Source: Candidatus Sulfomarinibacteraceae bacterium (GTDB lineage Bacteria > Acidobacteriota > Thermoanaerobaculia > Thermoanaerobaculales > Sulfomarinibacteraceae). From it: DNA of 64,000 nucleotides. Shown here piece by piece: positions 32,194 through 43,853 of this stretch. A program made the translations under genes and the position numbers. The first letter of the stretch is position 1. Each line of letters begins with the position of its first letter. The notes under the pieces were generated by a model, which was not told the DNA's origin, searched no databases, and was given only the letters and a program-made list of their open reading frames with translations. The stretch covers positions 1-64,000 of the forward strand of contig CAWCLO010000006.1 of the NCBI GenBank assembly GCA_963796455.1, written 5' to 3'.

Positions 32194-33420
32194 TTGGGCG
32201 AGAGGTCTACCGTGCAGCACTGGGACAAAGTCGAAGATACGTCGCTCCCCGAGACCGCCGGCTGGCGGGCTCTGAGAGCTCGCGTGCGATGGATGCGCAC
32301 GCCGGTCTTCGTATTCCTCGTGACCCGGCTCGGAATCATGGCGATCGCCTACATCTCGGTGTCCGTCATCCCGGATGCCCAGGAGACCATTTATCACCTG
32401 CGGGGAACCGAAAACCGGCTCCTCGACGTCTTCGGCAGCCGGTGGGACACCGGGTTTTACGTCAGCATCGCGGAGGAGGGGTACAGCTTCGAAGGGGTCG
32501 AGCTGCCCTCGGTCGCCTTCTTCCCGCTGCTGCCGATCCTGATGCGCCTGCTGATGCCGCTGGTCGGTGACGCGGTCGTGGCGGGCATATTGATCAGCAA
32601 CCTCGCCCTCTTCGCAGCGACGATCGTGCTCTATCGACTGGTGCTCGATGAGTGGAACGGGGCGGTGGCGGAGCGGGCCATCTGGTACCTCTCCGTCTTT
32701 CCCGCGTCGATGTTCGGCTCCGCGATCTACACGGAGTCGCTCTTCCTGCTGACGGCCATAGGCGCCTCCCTGCTCGCCCGGCACGGCCGGTGGTTCGGCG
32801 CGGGGCTGGTGGGTGTGGCAGCCTCACTGACCAGGCTACACGGGATGCTCGTTGCCGTACTGCTGGCCGGCGAGTGGTGGAGACAGCGGCAGGGTACCGA
32901 AACCGAGAAGCCCTCGCTCGCCGCGCTCGCGGCCGCGGCGGTCACCCCTCTGGGCACCGTGGCATACATCCTTTACTGCTGGAGGGCGTTCGGAGACCCT
33001 TTCGCGTTCGCGACCGCCGCCTCGGCGTGGGGGCGGGTCCCGAAGCCTCCCTTCGCCACCATGGCGGGTGTTGTCCAGGCTCCACCCGGGGGGTGGATTT
33101 CCGGGCTCCTCGCGGGGACCATCCACGTCGACAACTGGATCGACCTGACCGCGGTGCTCGCGTTCCTGCTGCTCGGCTGCGCGCTGCTGGCAATCGGCCG
33201 ATGGGGCGAGGGTCTGTTCGTCGTTCTGGGCGTCAGTCTTTCCTTCGGCTCGGGCCTGCTGATGAGTCAGCGACGCTATATGTGGGTCCTGTTCCCGGTG
33301 TTCATCCTGCTTGGCGTGTGGGGTGAGCGCCCCTGGCTCGATCGCACGGTCACGCTGCTGTCGGCGCTCGGGTTGGCGCTGTGCACGGCGCTGTTCGCCA
33401 ACGGCTACTGGGTCGGCTGA
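32194..33420 (+). CDS. GT-C mannosyltransferase (PIG-V-like)
   Basis: RWDTGFYVSIAEEGY, AFFPLLP, AIYTESLFL, multi-TM. Confidence 0.85.
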   Translation: MGERSTVQHWDKVEDTSLPETAGWRALRARVRWMRTPVFVFLVTRLGIMAIAYISVSVIPDAQETIYHLRGTENRLLDVFGSRWDTGFYVSIAEEGYSFEGVELPSVAFFPLLPILMRLLMPLVGDAVVAGILISNLALFAATIVLYRLVLDEWNGAVAERAIWYLSVFPASMFGSAIYTESLFLLTAIGASLLARHGRWFGAGLVGVAASLTRLHGMLVAVLLAGEWWRQRQGTETEKPSLAALAAAAVTPLGTVAYILYCWRAFGDPFAFATAASAWGRVPKPPFATMAGVVQAPPGGWISGLLAGTIHVDNWIDLTAVLAFLLLGCALLAIGRWGEGLFVVLGVSLSFGSGLLMSQRRYMWVLFPVFILLGVWGERPWLDRTVTLLSALGLALCTALFANGYWVG

Positions 33421-35018
33421 TGGCCAGGAAATCCAAGTCCACGATCCGACGCAAGAATGGCCCGCCGGCAAGCCGGTGGCGGAAGGACGGCTGGTGGGTC
33501 TCGACCTTCGCGTTCGCGGCGCCATTCGTCCTCTACCTGCGCACGATGGCGCCGACCATCTACAACCTGGACAGCGCCGAGCTGACGACGGCGGCTGCGA
33601 CCGGGGGCCTGGTCCGCGCGACCGGGTATCCGCTCTACCTGGTCATCGGGCGGCTGTGGAGCCAGCTGCCGATGGGCGACGTTGGCTACCGGATGAACCT
33701 CCTCTCCGCGGTCTGCGGCGCCCTCACGGTCATGCTGGCGGAGAGAATCCTGCGGCGGCTCGGGGTCGGGGTCTGGGCGCGGCTGGCCGCCGTCGGCCTG
33801 CTCGCGGTGGCCCAGTTCTTCTGGGCCCTGTCCCTGATCGCGGAGGTCTACACGCTCCACACGGCCATCCTCGCCGGCGTCATCCTCGCTCTGGTCAGGT
33901 GGTCGGAGCAACCGACGCCGGCCAGGCTCGCGCTGGCGACCTTTCTGGTGGGCATCGGCTTCGGAAACCACGTCGCCACGGTGCTCGCAGCCCCCGGCTG
34001 CGTCTGGTTCGTGCTCAATGCCGAGCCGAGGAAGGCACTGGAGGCCCGTTCGCTCGCGCTGGCGGCGGCCGGACTCGCCGCAGGGCTCGCCATCTACCTC
34101 TACCTCCCCCTGGTCTACTGGACCCGACCCGAGTTCAACTACGTCGGCTGGTTCGACGCGGCCGGTCAGTTCGAACCGGTCAACCTCGCCACCTTCGAGG
34201 GTCTCTGGTGGCTGGTGTCGGGCAAGGTCTTCGCCGACGTGATGATGGCCTACACCACTCCCGAACTCATCCGTGAGATCGGCCACTTCGGCGCCGAGCT
34301 GGTGCGGGCGTTCATGATCATCGGTATCGGACCGGGACTCGTGGGGATCGTGGTCGCGTGGCGGCGGAGCCGTGCTCTCGGCGGCCTGCTGCTGCTCGTC
34401 TTCGCCATCAGCGCGGGCTTCTACATCAACTACCGCGTCATCGACAAAGACACCATGTTCCTCCCGGCCTACCTCGTCTGGGCCCTCTGGGTCGGACTCG
34501 GCTACCAGTGGCTGATTGACTGGGCGGGCCAGTCGTCGCCGGCCGTCCGCCGAGGTGCCGGGCGAGGCACGGTAGTTGCCCTCAAGGGGATCATGGCCGG
34601 GGCGGTGGTCTTCGCCGTCAGCTGGAACTGGCCGCTGGTCGATCTCTCCGACGACTGGAGCGCGCGGGTACGGGGGGAGAAAATTCTCGAACTCGCGCGT
34701 CCAAACGCCCTCGTCGTCGGGTGGTGGGGAACGGTGCCGGTGGTGGAGTACCTGCAGCAGGTCGATGGGCAACGACGGGACGTCCAGGCGATCAACCGCT
34801 TCTTGATTCGGCCCGACGACCTCCGCGAGTTGATCGAGCGCGAGGTGGACCGCCGTCCGGTCTACCTCGACGAGCCGTTGGAGGGGTTGTCCGATTCGGT
34901 GAAAGCGGTCCAGGTCGGTCCGCTCTTCAGACTCTATCGAGACACCCAAACGGTATCACCAGGACCCGACCAGCAGAATTTATCTGAATCGATCCGCCCG
35001 CCGAGAGCATCCCATTGA
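33420..35018 (+). CDS. DUF2723/TMEM260-like GT-C glycosyltransferase
   Basis: LRTMAPTIYNLDSAEL, GYPLY, YRMNLLSA, IAEVYTLH, multi-TM. Confidence 0.8.
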   Translation: MARKSKSTIRRKNGPPASRWRKDGWWVSTFAFAAPFVLYLRTMAPTIYNLDSAELTTAAATGGLVRATGYPLYLVIGRLWSQLPMGDVGYRMNLLSAVCGALTVMLAERILRRLGVGVWARLAAVGLLAVAQFFWALSLIAEVYTLHTAILAGVILALVRWSEQPTPARLALATFLVGIGFGNHVATVLAAPGCVWFVLNAEPRKALEARSLALAAAGLAAGLAIYLYLPLVYWTRPEFNYVGWFDAAGQFEPVNLATFEGLWWLVSGKVFADVMMAYTTPELIREIGHFGAELVRAFMIIGIGPGLVGIVVAWRRSRALGGLLLLVFAISAGFYINYRVIDKDTMFLPAYLVWALWVGLGYQWLIDWAGQSSPAVRRGAGRGTVVALKGIMAGAVVFAVSWNWPLVDLSDDWSARVRGEKILELARPNALVVGWWGTVPVVEYLQQVDGQRRDVQAINRFLIRPDDLRELIEREVDRRPVYLDEPLEGLSDSVKAVQVGPLFRLYRDTQTVSPGPDQQNLSESIRPPRASH

Positions 35019-35121
35019 GCCACTGTCTCGATTGGCTCGCCCGGCGCACTGTCATAACAGGAGTCACCGATGGCACGGCAAAACGCACCAAAAACCGTGG
35101 CCACCGAGAAAGGGATACATC

Positions 35122-36638
35122 ATGAAAAGTCTCATCCGATTCGGCATCGCAGTAGGCATCTGCCTTTCGGGATGGGCGCTGGCACCGTTCGTCGATCTCC
35201 CCAGAGTCGCCTTCGGCTGGGAGCAGTACGCGGATGCCTACAGCCTCATCCATCGTTCGGTCATCCCGGCGGCTGCGGTCGCGACGGGCGCGGAGGGTGC
35301 CTTCTTCCAGACCGACGTCGACATCAACAACCTGGACTCGGGCGGTGAGGCGAGCTACGAGCTCTGGTGGCTGCCGCGCGGCCAGGACAACTTCTCGCCG
35401 AGACGCTCACAGATCTTCACCATTGCCGGCGGTCACGGCGTGCGCATCGAGAACGTGTTGACCGAGGTCTTCGGTCTCCAGCCCGACAGGGTCGGCTCGG
35501 TGGTGATCGCGTCTGACAGCGATCGCGTCATCGCCATGAGCCGGACCTACAACGTGTCGGATAACAAGGCGACCGGCACCTTCGGCCAGGCACTGCCTGC
35601 GGTGCCTGCCGACAAGCTGATCCAATCCGGGCAGTCCAGACGAATCATCTTCTTCAGCGAGGACCCCTCCACGCGCGCCAACCTGGGCTGCGTCAACGGC
35701 ACCGACTCGAACATCGAGATCCTGGCCGATCTCTACGATTCCGGGGGCGCGTTCCTCGGGACGAGAACCATGGACCTCGGCCCGTGGGGCAATGACCAAA
35801 TGAATCGTATTTTCCGGGGTTTCGAGCCGGTCAACGGCTACCTGGAGGTGCGCAGCGACACCCCCGGTGGCTCCTTCTACTGCTACGGCTCGGTGCTCGA
35901 CAATGCGACCTCGGATCCGACCACGATCCTGCCGCAGAGTCCTTCCTCTGGAACGACATACTATATCCCTGCGGCCGCCCTGGCATCGGGTTCCTCCGGA
36001 GCGCTTCTTCCAGACCGACGTCGACATCAACAACGTCGGACCGGACTCGTCGTTCGTCTTCAAGTGGTTGCCTCGCGATCGGGACAACTCGGATCCGATG
36101 CAGTCGGTCTCGCTCAGCCTCGGTTCCGGAATGAGTATGCGCTTCGAGAACATACTTTCCCAGGTCTTCTTCCTGTCGCCGGACGCCGTGGGCGCCCTCG
36201 CCATCGAGTCTCCGAGCGACAACCTGCTGGCGATGAGTCGGACCTACAACGTATCCGGAAGCGGTGGGGCCGGGACCTTCGGGCAGGCGCTGTCCGGGCG
36301 TCCAGGAGGGCGACATGATTCGTGCCGGCGAGCGGCGGCGGATCATCTTCCTGTCCGAAAACGGAGAGTTCCGTTCCAACGTCGGCTGCGTCAACGGGAC
36401 CGACGAGGACATCGACATCGATATCGACGTGTACGACGATGCCGGAAACCTCCGCAACAGGCTCGAGATGGAGCTGGACCCGTGGTCGAACGACCAGTTC
36501 AACCGCATCCTGCAACCGTTCGCGCCAACCAACGGCTATGTCGATGTCTCGTCCGACACAACCGGCGCCCGGTTCTTCTGTTACGGCTCGTTGCTCGACA
36601 ACGAAACCTCTGATCCGACCAGCGTCTTTTCGCAGTAG
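35122..36638 (+). CDS. secreted protein with two tandem copies of the lineage-typical domain (frameshifted)
   Basis: IPAAA...FFQTDVDINN...AMSRTYN...GTFGQAL...CYGS-x-LDN-x-TSDPT occurs twice. Confidence 0.75.
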
Positions 36639-36659
36639 CTCCACGCCAGGTTCGACTCG

Positions 36660-36688
36660 AAGGGCGGGGATTTCCCCCGCCCTTTTTT
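36660..36688 (+). terminator. rho-independent terminator
   Basis: AAGGGCGGGG-ATTTC-CCCCGCCCTT followed by a T run. Confidence 0.85.
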
Positions 36689-36927
36689 CATCTTGGCGGC
36701 ACAGCATCTTCCAATCCTGCGCCACATCAGCCTGACAAGCGACGGTTCCGTGGATCCCGGTTCGGGTCAGCCTCGGTGGCACTGACTCGGGGAAGGGAGC
36801 GCGTCATGGCGGAACCCTTGTGTGACTCGTCACGTCGAGGCCCGACAGAGGGAGCCCTAACCCGCTTATGTCACCAGGGTCCTACTGCGGTGTGCGGAAC
36901 GCAGACGAACGAAGGCGCCAACCGTCC

Positions 36928-36956
36928 TTGACATCGGTAAATCCCAGAACCATATT
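36928..36956 (+). promoter_or_regulatory. sigma70-like promoter
   Basis: TTGACA-17 bp-CATATT. Confidence 0.5.
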
Positions 36957-37098
36957 GATGGGGAACTCCAAAACACTCGGCAAGGCCCAACTCATTAGGG
37001 GAGGCATCCGCGGTAACCGCGCGGGCTTCGTGGTGGGCCGAATGTGGTGAAACCGGAGAAAGTGAGGACCGCATGTCTGCAAGATCGTCCGTCCGAGG

Positions 37099-38634
37099 GA
37101 TAGGAGTTTCCTTTCGTTCAGCGCCAGCCTAGCACGGGGTTGAGGCGCTTATTCGGGGCCCAAGATGGGCTCGCATGCCCCGAGCGATCTCCGATACGGC
37201 AGAAACCGGCGTTTGGGAGAGCGCGTCCCGGTACAACGCGCTCCGAACCCCGGCTCCGCGACCGACCGCCGCCTCCATGAACACACTCTGCACGGGCGGC
37301 CGCGGCCGTGATGGAGTCAGGAGGTGGTGGGGAGGGTCGCCGCGCCCGGCGGGCCGCGAGGGGATCGCGCCCCCGCTTTCGCGAGATGCCTCAGGATCGC
37401 GTCGACCACGTCGTGCTCGGTGATGAACGCGATCACCTTCATCTCTGAACCGCAGGACGGGCACACCAGCGGGTCGACCTCGTAGATCCGCTTGATCAGC
37501 TGTGCCCAGCTTCGCCTGAGGGCGCGGGCGTTGCGGGCCTCGGCACGAGCCGCACGGGAGGCCGGGCCGGCGCCCGCACCCCCAACCTCCCCATTCTCAG
37601 CCTCAGCCTTCCGGCGCTTGCCCCTCGACACGTTGGAGTACCACCCGTAGTACCGCACCAGGTGCCGCCGCGGCTCGCGGGATGTGCATGATGACGCGGG
37701 CCAAGAACTCGGCCGGATCGAAGGCCTCGGCAGCATCGCCGGCCGGCAGGGTGCGACCGTCGTGGCCTCCTTTCGCCCGATAGTGCACCACACCCTCCCC
37801 ACCCCACTGCACCCGCTCGAGGCTGATCGGCGGCCGCATGATGTAGCGGGCGAGACGCTCCACCGCCGGCTGATCCTCGGGCTCCACCCGAACCCGGTTG
37901 TGCACCGAAAACCCGGTGTGCCGCCACGACAGTAGGAGCTCGGTCCGCTCGTCTGAGAGCAACCCCTCATCCTGCAGCAGGCGCATCACCTTGTGCCGGT
38001 AGAGCAGCTCCGCTGAGTGCTCATCGACGAAGGCGACCGGGATCCACTCACCATCCTGCGTCCAGCCGCCGCGCGACACGATCGCGTGCACATGTGGGTG
38101 CCAATTGGCCAGGTCGCCCGCGGTCTGGACCACGGCGACCATCCCCGGCCGCATCCCCTCGTCGCCGGCCGCCGCACACATCAGCTCCAGCACCGTCTCC
38201 CAGGCCGCCTGCGCGAGCCCTCCGAGGAGCGCCCGGTGGTGCAGGAAGTACGGCCGCAGCATCTTCGGCATCACGAACACCCACTGAGCGTGCCCCACCT
38301 CCTCGAAGACCTCCTCCGCCAGCAACGCGGCCGTCGCCGCTGAACGCTTGGCCGCGCATGACGGGCACAGCTCCCGTGTCTTGCACGAGAATGCGAGCAG
38401 GTATTCCTCGGCGCAGTCGGGACACCGGATCCGGGCGAAGCCGTTCTCGAAAAGCCCGCAGTCCAGGTACCGCCGCACCTGCTCGTCGACGAAGCCGCGC
38501 CAGAACCCGCAGCGGCGCTCGAAGCGCTCCTCCCACTGCCCCCTCACCTCGTCGAAGTGGGTCTCGAAGAGCCGGTAGAGGGGCGTCGCACGCGGATTCC
38601 GGGCCCGGTAGCGGGCCGCGCAGCCTTGAGCCAC
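37099..38634 (-). mobile_element. IS91-family element: Y2 transposase 38634..37317 (frameshift near 37680), oriIS near 37100; terIS end not resolved
   Basis: LDCG...GFARIRCPDC...AFSCKTRELCPSC Zn finger, HPHVH HUH motif, LARYIMR, RYYGWYS, DPLVCPSCG; GGAAACTCCTAT downstream. Confidence 0.9.
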
Positions 38635-38981
38635 AGTGACGCTCGACGTCTCCTGCAGCGTGGACGGGCTGCCTCAGCGTGACCCGAACGGCCCCTACAG
38701 TCAAGGCGACCGTCGTGCAAAGACACATTTTGTTTGTTTCAAATGTCATTTTCCGGGCAGAATTCGACGCGGCTGAACGGATCATCCTCGGGACCCGGCA
38801 CGGTGAAACGGAAGGCGCCCGAAAAGAACTTCTCTTCCCCCTGACACAGATTCTTGAGAAATACAATTCTTGCAAAAGAAAACAAAAAATCTTATTTTGG
38901 AGAAGAAACGTAACAAGCAGAACAGGACGTTTCTTCTTTGATACGATGATTGTCATTACTTTATAGGAGAATCGTAACACT

Positions 38982-39765
38982 ATGCGAGCGAGCGAGTACA
39001 TACGGGAGTTGGCATCGAATGGGCGCTACCACTTCACAACGGCGGACGCTGTCAAGGCTGTCGAGGGAAATCCTCCGGCAGTGCGTGCCCAGTTGCTCCG
39101 ACTGAAACAGCAGGGGCTGATCGCGCAGCCCGTGCGCAGCTTTCATGTCATCGTACCGCCCGAGTACAAACGCCTGGGTTGCCTGCCGGCGGAGCAATTC
39201 GTCGACCATCTGATGCAATTCTGGGATGAGCCCTATTACCTCTGTCTGTTGAGTGCGGCCGAAAGGCACGGCGCCGCGCATCAACGACCTCAGGCAACCC
39301 AGGTGATGGTACGCAAAAACCGGCAGGCCATCACCTGTGGGCAGGTGAGAGTCGAGTTCATCGCCCGTGGCGACATCGAAAAGATGCCGGTCACCAGGCT
39401 CAACACGCCGCGCGGGGTGCTGCGGTATTCGACCCCGGAAGGAACGGCGCTCGAGCTGGTCGGCTACCCCAATCGTGCTGGTGGCCTCGACAACGTCGCT
39501 ACGGTCCTGTCCGAGCTCTCCGAGGAGATGGTGGCTGAAAGGCTGCTCGAAACCGCTCGTCTCTGTCCCGTGAGTTGGTCACAGCGTTTGGGATATCTCT
39601 TGGGGCTGGTCGGGCGAGAAGATATCGCTCAAATCCTCAGCGCCTTTCGTGCTGGAGAATGCCCGGAGCTATACCCCGCTGCGGCGCGCTGCGCCAATCG
39701 CCGGTGGAGTCAGGGACCCTCGCTGGAAGATCATCGTCAACGTCGAAGTGGAGCCGGACGAATGA
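38982..39765 (+). CDS. AbiEi type IV antitoxin (frameshift near 39645)
   Basis: GRYHFT...VIVPPEY...PYYLCLLSAAERHGAAHQRPQ...STPEGTALEL; natural end EPDE* overlaps the next ATG. Confidence 0.85.
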
Positions 39766-40596
39766 TCCCCAAAGACAACATCACCGCATGGAGAGCTCAA
39801 GCACCGTGGCTGCTCGACGCTCAGGTCGAGCAAGATCTGGTGATAAGCCGCGCGATCGTCAACCTCTTTTCCGATACCCGATTGGCGGATAGCCTGGCGT
39901 TTCGTGGCGGGACCGCTTTGTACAAGATCTACCTCACACCTCCGGCTCGATATTCCGAGGACATCGATCTGGTTCAGGTGAGGGCCGAGTCAATCGGCGA
40001 GACCCTCGATCGGGCGCGTGCCATCTTGGATCCATGGCTCGGGAAGCCCCGCCGCACTCTCAAAGAGGGCCGCGTCACCCTCGTGTATCGATTCGAGTCC
40101 GAGGATGTTCCACCGCTCACGCTTCGGCTGAAGATCGAGATCAACACCCGCGAACATTTCACCGGATCGGGCGTGAAAAAGGTGCCGTTCGAGGTGACGA
40201 ACCCCTGGTTCAACGGTGTGGCAAACGTTGCGACCTACTCTATCAACGAGCTGCTTTGTACCAAGCTGCGGGCGCTGTACCAGAGGAGGAAGGGCCGAGA
40301 CCTCTTCGATGTCTGGTACGCGCTGGACACTGCGCGCTGCGACCCAGCAACACTTCTCGCCTGCTTCGACCGGTACATGGCCGAAGACGGACACAGAGTC
40401 AGCCGAGCACAGTTCGAAGAAAATCTGGCCGGGAAACGTCAACACCCCGAATTCCGCGACGATGTGCGGGCCGCTCCTACGCCCCGGCTTGCCCTGGAAT
40501 TGCGACGCAGCCATGGACGGAGTTCTCGAAAACCTGGTGGCACGATTGCCCGGCGAACCCTGGAAGGGTGGAGTAAAGCGGGACGGGGAAGAGTAA
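39762..40596 (+). CDS. AbiEii/AbiGii nucleotidyltransferase toxin (frameshift near 40470)
   Basis: QVEQDLVISRA, LAFRGGTALYK, RYSEDIDL, KIEINTREH, KLRALYQRRKGRDLFD. Confidence 0.9.
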
Positions 40597-40790
40597 GTTC
40601 AACCTGTCTTTTGTTTTGCGAGCCACCGAAGGGCCTTTCCGACAGCCCAACGATCAACCCCCAACCGGCGCCCAATCTCTGACTGACTCAACCCAAGCTC
40701 ATGGAGTTGGTTCGCCTTCACGGCAATTCGCTGATAGATCGGCGGCATCCTGGTCTCGAGAATCGGCACCTCGATGGGTATGAATGCGGT

Positions 40791-40856
40791 GGTTCGAATT
40801 CTTCGCGTTCGCGTCCACCAGAGGAAATCAAATTCGCCGCCCTTTGGGCGGCTTTT
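40791..40856 (+). other. degenerate tRNA/tmRNA-like 3' end plus hairpin (possible relic att site)
   Basis: GGTTCGAATTC...GTCCACCA, then GCCGCCC-TTT-GGGCGGC-TTTT. Confidence 0.4.
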
Positions 40857-40997
40857 CTCGTCTCTGACTTCGCCGATGGGGATTAGACTACGGCCCATCG
40901 GCATTGGAAGAGCCATCACCCCGCAGAATCTCGGTCGAGCGATCTCCAGGCGAACTCGCTACAATCCCCTGATGAATCCGGTACCGGGGGAAATTCC

Positions 40998-42686
40998 ATG
41001 GACAGTCTCGAGAGATTCGAAGCCGCGAGCATTGTGGTTTTTGCGCTGGTGCTCATGTCGATGATCTCGTGTACGGGCTCCGGTCTCAACCAACCCGCCT
41101 CGCTCGTCATCACCGACGCCCGGGTGTGGACCGGCGATGAGTCTCGACCCTGGGCCGAGGCTGTCGCCTGCCGCGGTGACGCCATCATCGCCGTGGGCAG
41201 CGGCCGAGCAGATCGACGGCGTTCATCGGCGCCGAGACCGAGGTGATTTCGCTTCCGGCAGCATGGTCGTGCCGGGATTCATCGACACCCATCGTGCACT
41301 TCATCGACGGCGGCTCGGTGCTGGCCTCGGTACAGCTCAGCGATGCCGCGACGCCAGAGGAGTTCACGCAGCGCATCGGCGAGTTCGCGCAGACCCTCGA
41401 GCCCGGCGAGTGGATCACCGGCGGAGCGTGGGACCACCAGAACTGGGGCGGCGAGCTTCCGCACCGCGATTGGATCGATGCCGTGACCCCGGAAAACCCG
41501 GTTTGGGTCTACCGCCTCGACGGGCACATGGCCCTCGCCAACTCGCTCGCCCTCGAACTCGCCGGTGTGAGCCGACACGATCCCCGAGGTGGATGGTGGC
41601 GAGGTCGTAAGCGCGATGATTCCGGCGAGGGCCACCGGTCTGCTCAAGGACAATGCCATGTGCGTACGTGGATCAGGCGGAGCCCGCGTCAAGCGAAAAA
41701 CGCCTGGACCGCGAGGTGCAGGCAGCGATGCGCCATGTCGCTTCGAAGGGCGTGACCTCGGTCCACGACATGGCCGGCTTCGAGAGCCTGGCTGCTTACC
41801 GCCGCGCCAACAGCCGCGGCGAGATGACGACGCGGATCTACTCGGTGGTTCCGCTCGATCAGTGGCAGCGCCTGCGCGACGAAATCGCTGCCAACGGCAC
41901 CGGCGACGAGTGGTTGCGGATCGGTGGGCTCAAAGGCTTCATGGACGGATCCTTGGGCTCCCATACGGCGGCCTTCCTCGAGCCCTTCACCGATGCCCCT
42001 GACGATCGTGGCTTCTGGTCAATGAACTGGACGACATGCGGGAATGGATCGCGGCCGCCGACACTGCGGAGCTGCAACTGATTGTGCACGCAATCGGCGA
42101 CCGGGCCATCCGCGATCTGCTCGACATCTACCGAGCAGGTGGCTGCTGCAAACGGACCGCGTGACCGGCGCTTCCGCATCGAGCACGCCCAGCACATCCA
42201 CCCGGACGACATTCCCGTTTTGCCTCCCAGGAGGTGATCGCGGCTATGCAGCCTTATCACGCCATCGACGACGGCCGCTGGGCGGAAAAAGTGATCGGGC
42301 CCGAACGAGCGAAAACCACCTACGCGTTCCACTCACTCATCGCCGGTGGCGCACACGTCGCATTCGGCAGCGACTGGTTCGTAGCCCCGCCCACCCCACT
42401 CGAAGGCATCTACGCCGCGGTGACCCGGCGCACGCTGGACGGCGAGCACCGGAAGGTTGGGTGCCCGAGCAAAAGATCACCGTCGAAGAAGCACTTCGCG
42501 CCTACACCTACGAAGCGGCCTACGCCTCCTTCGAAGAAGACATCAAAGGCACGCTCAAACCCGGCATGCTGGCCGATTTCGTCCTCATCGACCGCGACCT
42601 GACGGCGATACCGCCGCGCAGAGATCCGCGACGCCAAGATCCTCCGCACCATTGTCGGCGGCAGGATCGTGTTCACCGCAGACTGA
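40998..42686 (+). CDS. amidohydrolase 3 (YtcJ-like), many frameshifts
   Basis: [64 protein letters not shown]. Confidence 0.85.
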
Positions 42687-42777
42687 ACGATCACGCATCC
42701 ACGAGGACAACGAAAAAACGTCGCGCTCGAACTGGCACCGTCAGATGCCGGCTGATCCCTGCCGTGACCTCTATCTG

Positions 42778-43530
42778 CTATTTTTTGGCCTTCTCGGCCT
42801 CGCTCTTCAAAAAAGCTTCGTGTTCTTTCTGAAGGTCTTTCCAGTTCTTCTTGAGATATTTCTCCTCTTCTTTGGTCATGATCCGGAAAGGCGCCTCGAC
42901 AGTGCTACCGGAAAACTTGACGCTGAGCCAGTACTGCCCCGGTTCGATCGTCTTCCCCTCAGGGAGTTTGAAAAAGATCCGTCCGACGCACCCGCGTTGC
43001 CAAGTCACTTCGAACTCGTCGAAGGACATGGCCCCGTCCGAGTTGACCGGATCAGTGAAGAAGAGCATGGGACAGCCCTGCGCCGCCTGGTTCGGAAAGT
43101 AGTTGATGGAGTCGCGGACCGTGTCGGCCCGCCGGTTGAGCGCGCGCAGATAGCCGGCTTCTTGAAACTCCGACTGGGACGCCATCGGCACCATCGAACC
43201 ATCCGGTAACTTGACCGAGAACGAGGCGCGAGTCAGCTTCTGGTTCGGTCTTCCCTTGAAAACCGTCACCCCTGCGTCGAGCAACATCCACTGATCGCCC
43301 TGAGAACCGTTGGCCGTGCGATAACCAAGAGTGACCCATCCCTCGTTGTTGTATGCGATCCTGGTGAACTGCCCCTTGATCGTGAAGATCTCCGGCACAG
43401 ACGGCACCGGCGCCTGTGGGACGTCTTCCTGAGCCATGACCGCCGGAGCGGCAATCACGACAACCATGAGCATGGCTGGCACCAACAGATTTCTTTTTGT
43501 TTCCAAATTTTCCTCCCAATGTCTGTTCAT
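42778..43530 (-). CDS. secreted hypothetical protein
   Basis: Intact ORF with signal-like [12 protein letters not shown]. Confidence 0.7.
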   Translation of the reverse strand: MNRHWEENLETKRNLLVPAMLMVVVIAAPAVMAQEDVPQAPVPSVPEIFTIKGQFTRIAYNNEGWVTLGYRTANGSQGDQWMLLDAGVTVFKGRPNQKLTRASFSVKLPDGSMVPMASQSEFQEAGYLRALNRRADTVRDSINYFPNQAAQGCPMLFFTDPVNSDGAMSFDEFEVTWQRGCVGRIFFKLPEGKTIEPGQYWLSVKFSGSTVEAPFRIMTKEEEKYLKKNWKDLQKEHEAFLKSEAEKAKK

Positions 43531-43853
43531 TGTTTTCCTCCGACCGTTTGCGGCTCCGTCGAAAACTCCCCCGCCGGTATCGCGGGACGCATTTGACGCA
43601 GCGGCCTGCCAAAAAGATTCGTCTATACAGTACAGGAATCATTGGTCATGATGCTGGTGTCCGACGTAGGGGCCACTTGGCCGCGGACTCCGATCGTCAG
43701 TTCGGCGACCTTCCCTCGGACACCCTGTACCGCACCGAGTCCTTCGCCCGGTAATTGGACGAAACGCTCTCGGCATGAGCTAATTGCCAGGAAATCGAGG
43801 CGAAGCTGACCGTTTGTTTCAATCGGCTTCGCCGGATCGGGGAATCACCACCG

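Noticed and set aside
38982..40682. 566-aa AbiEi-AbiEii fusion
   Set aside because: An indel near 39645 shifts the frame; the natural EPDE-stop/ATG overlap is present at 39762-39765.
563..42686. Widespread pseudogenisation or programmed frameshifting
   Set aside because: Single-base indels occur in many otherwise intact genes with few in-frame stops, which fits sequencing error better. Polishing is needed to confirm.
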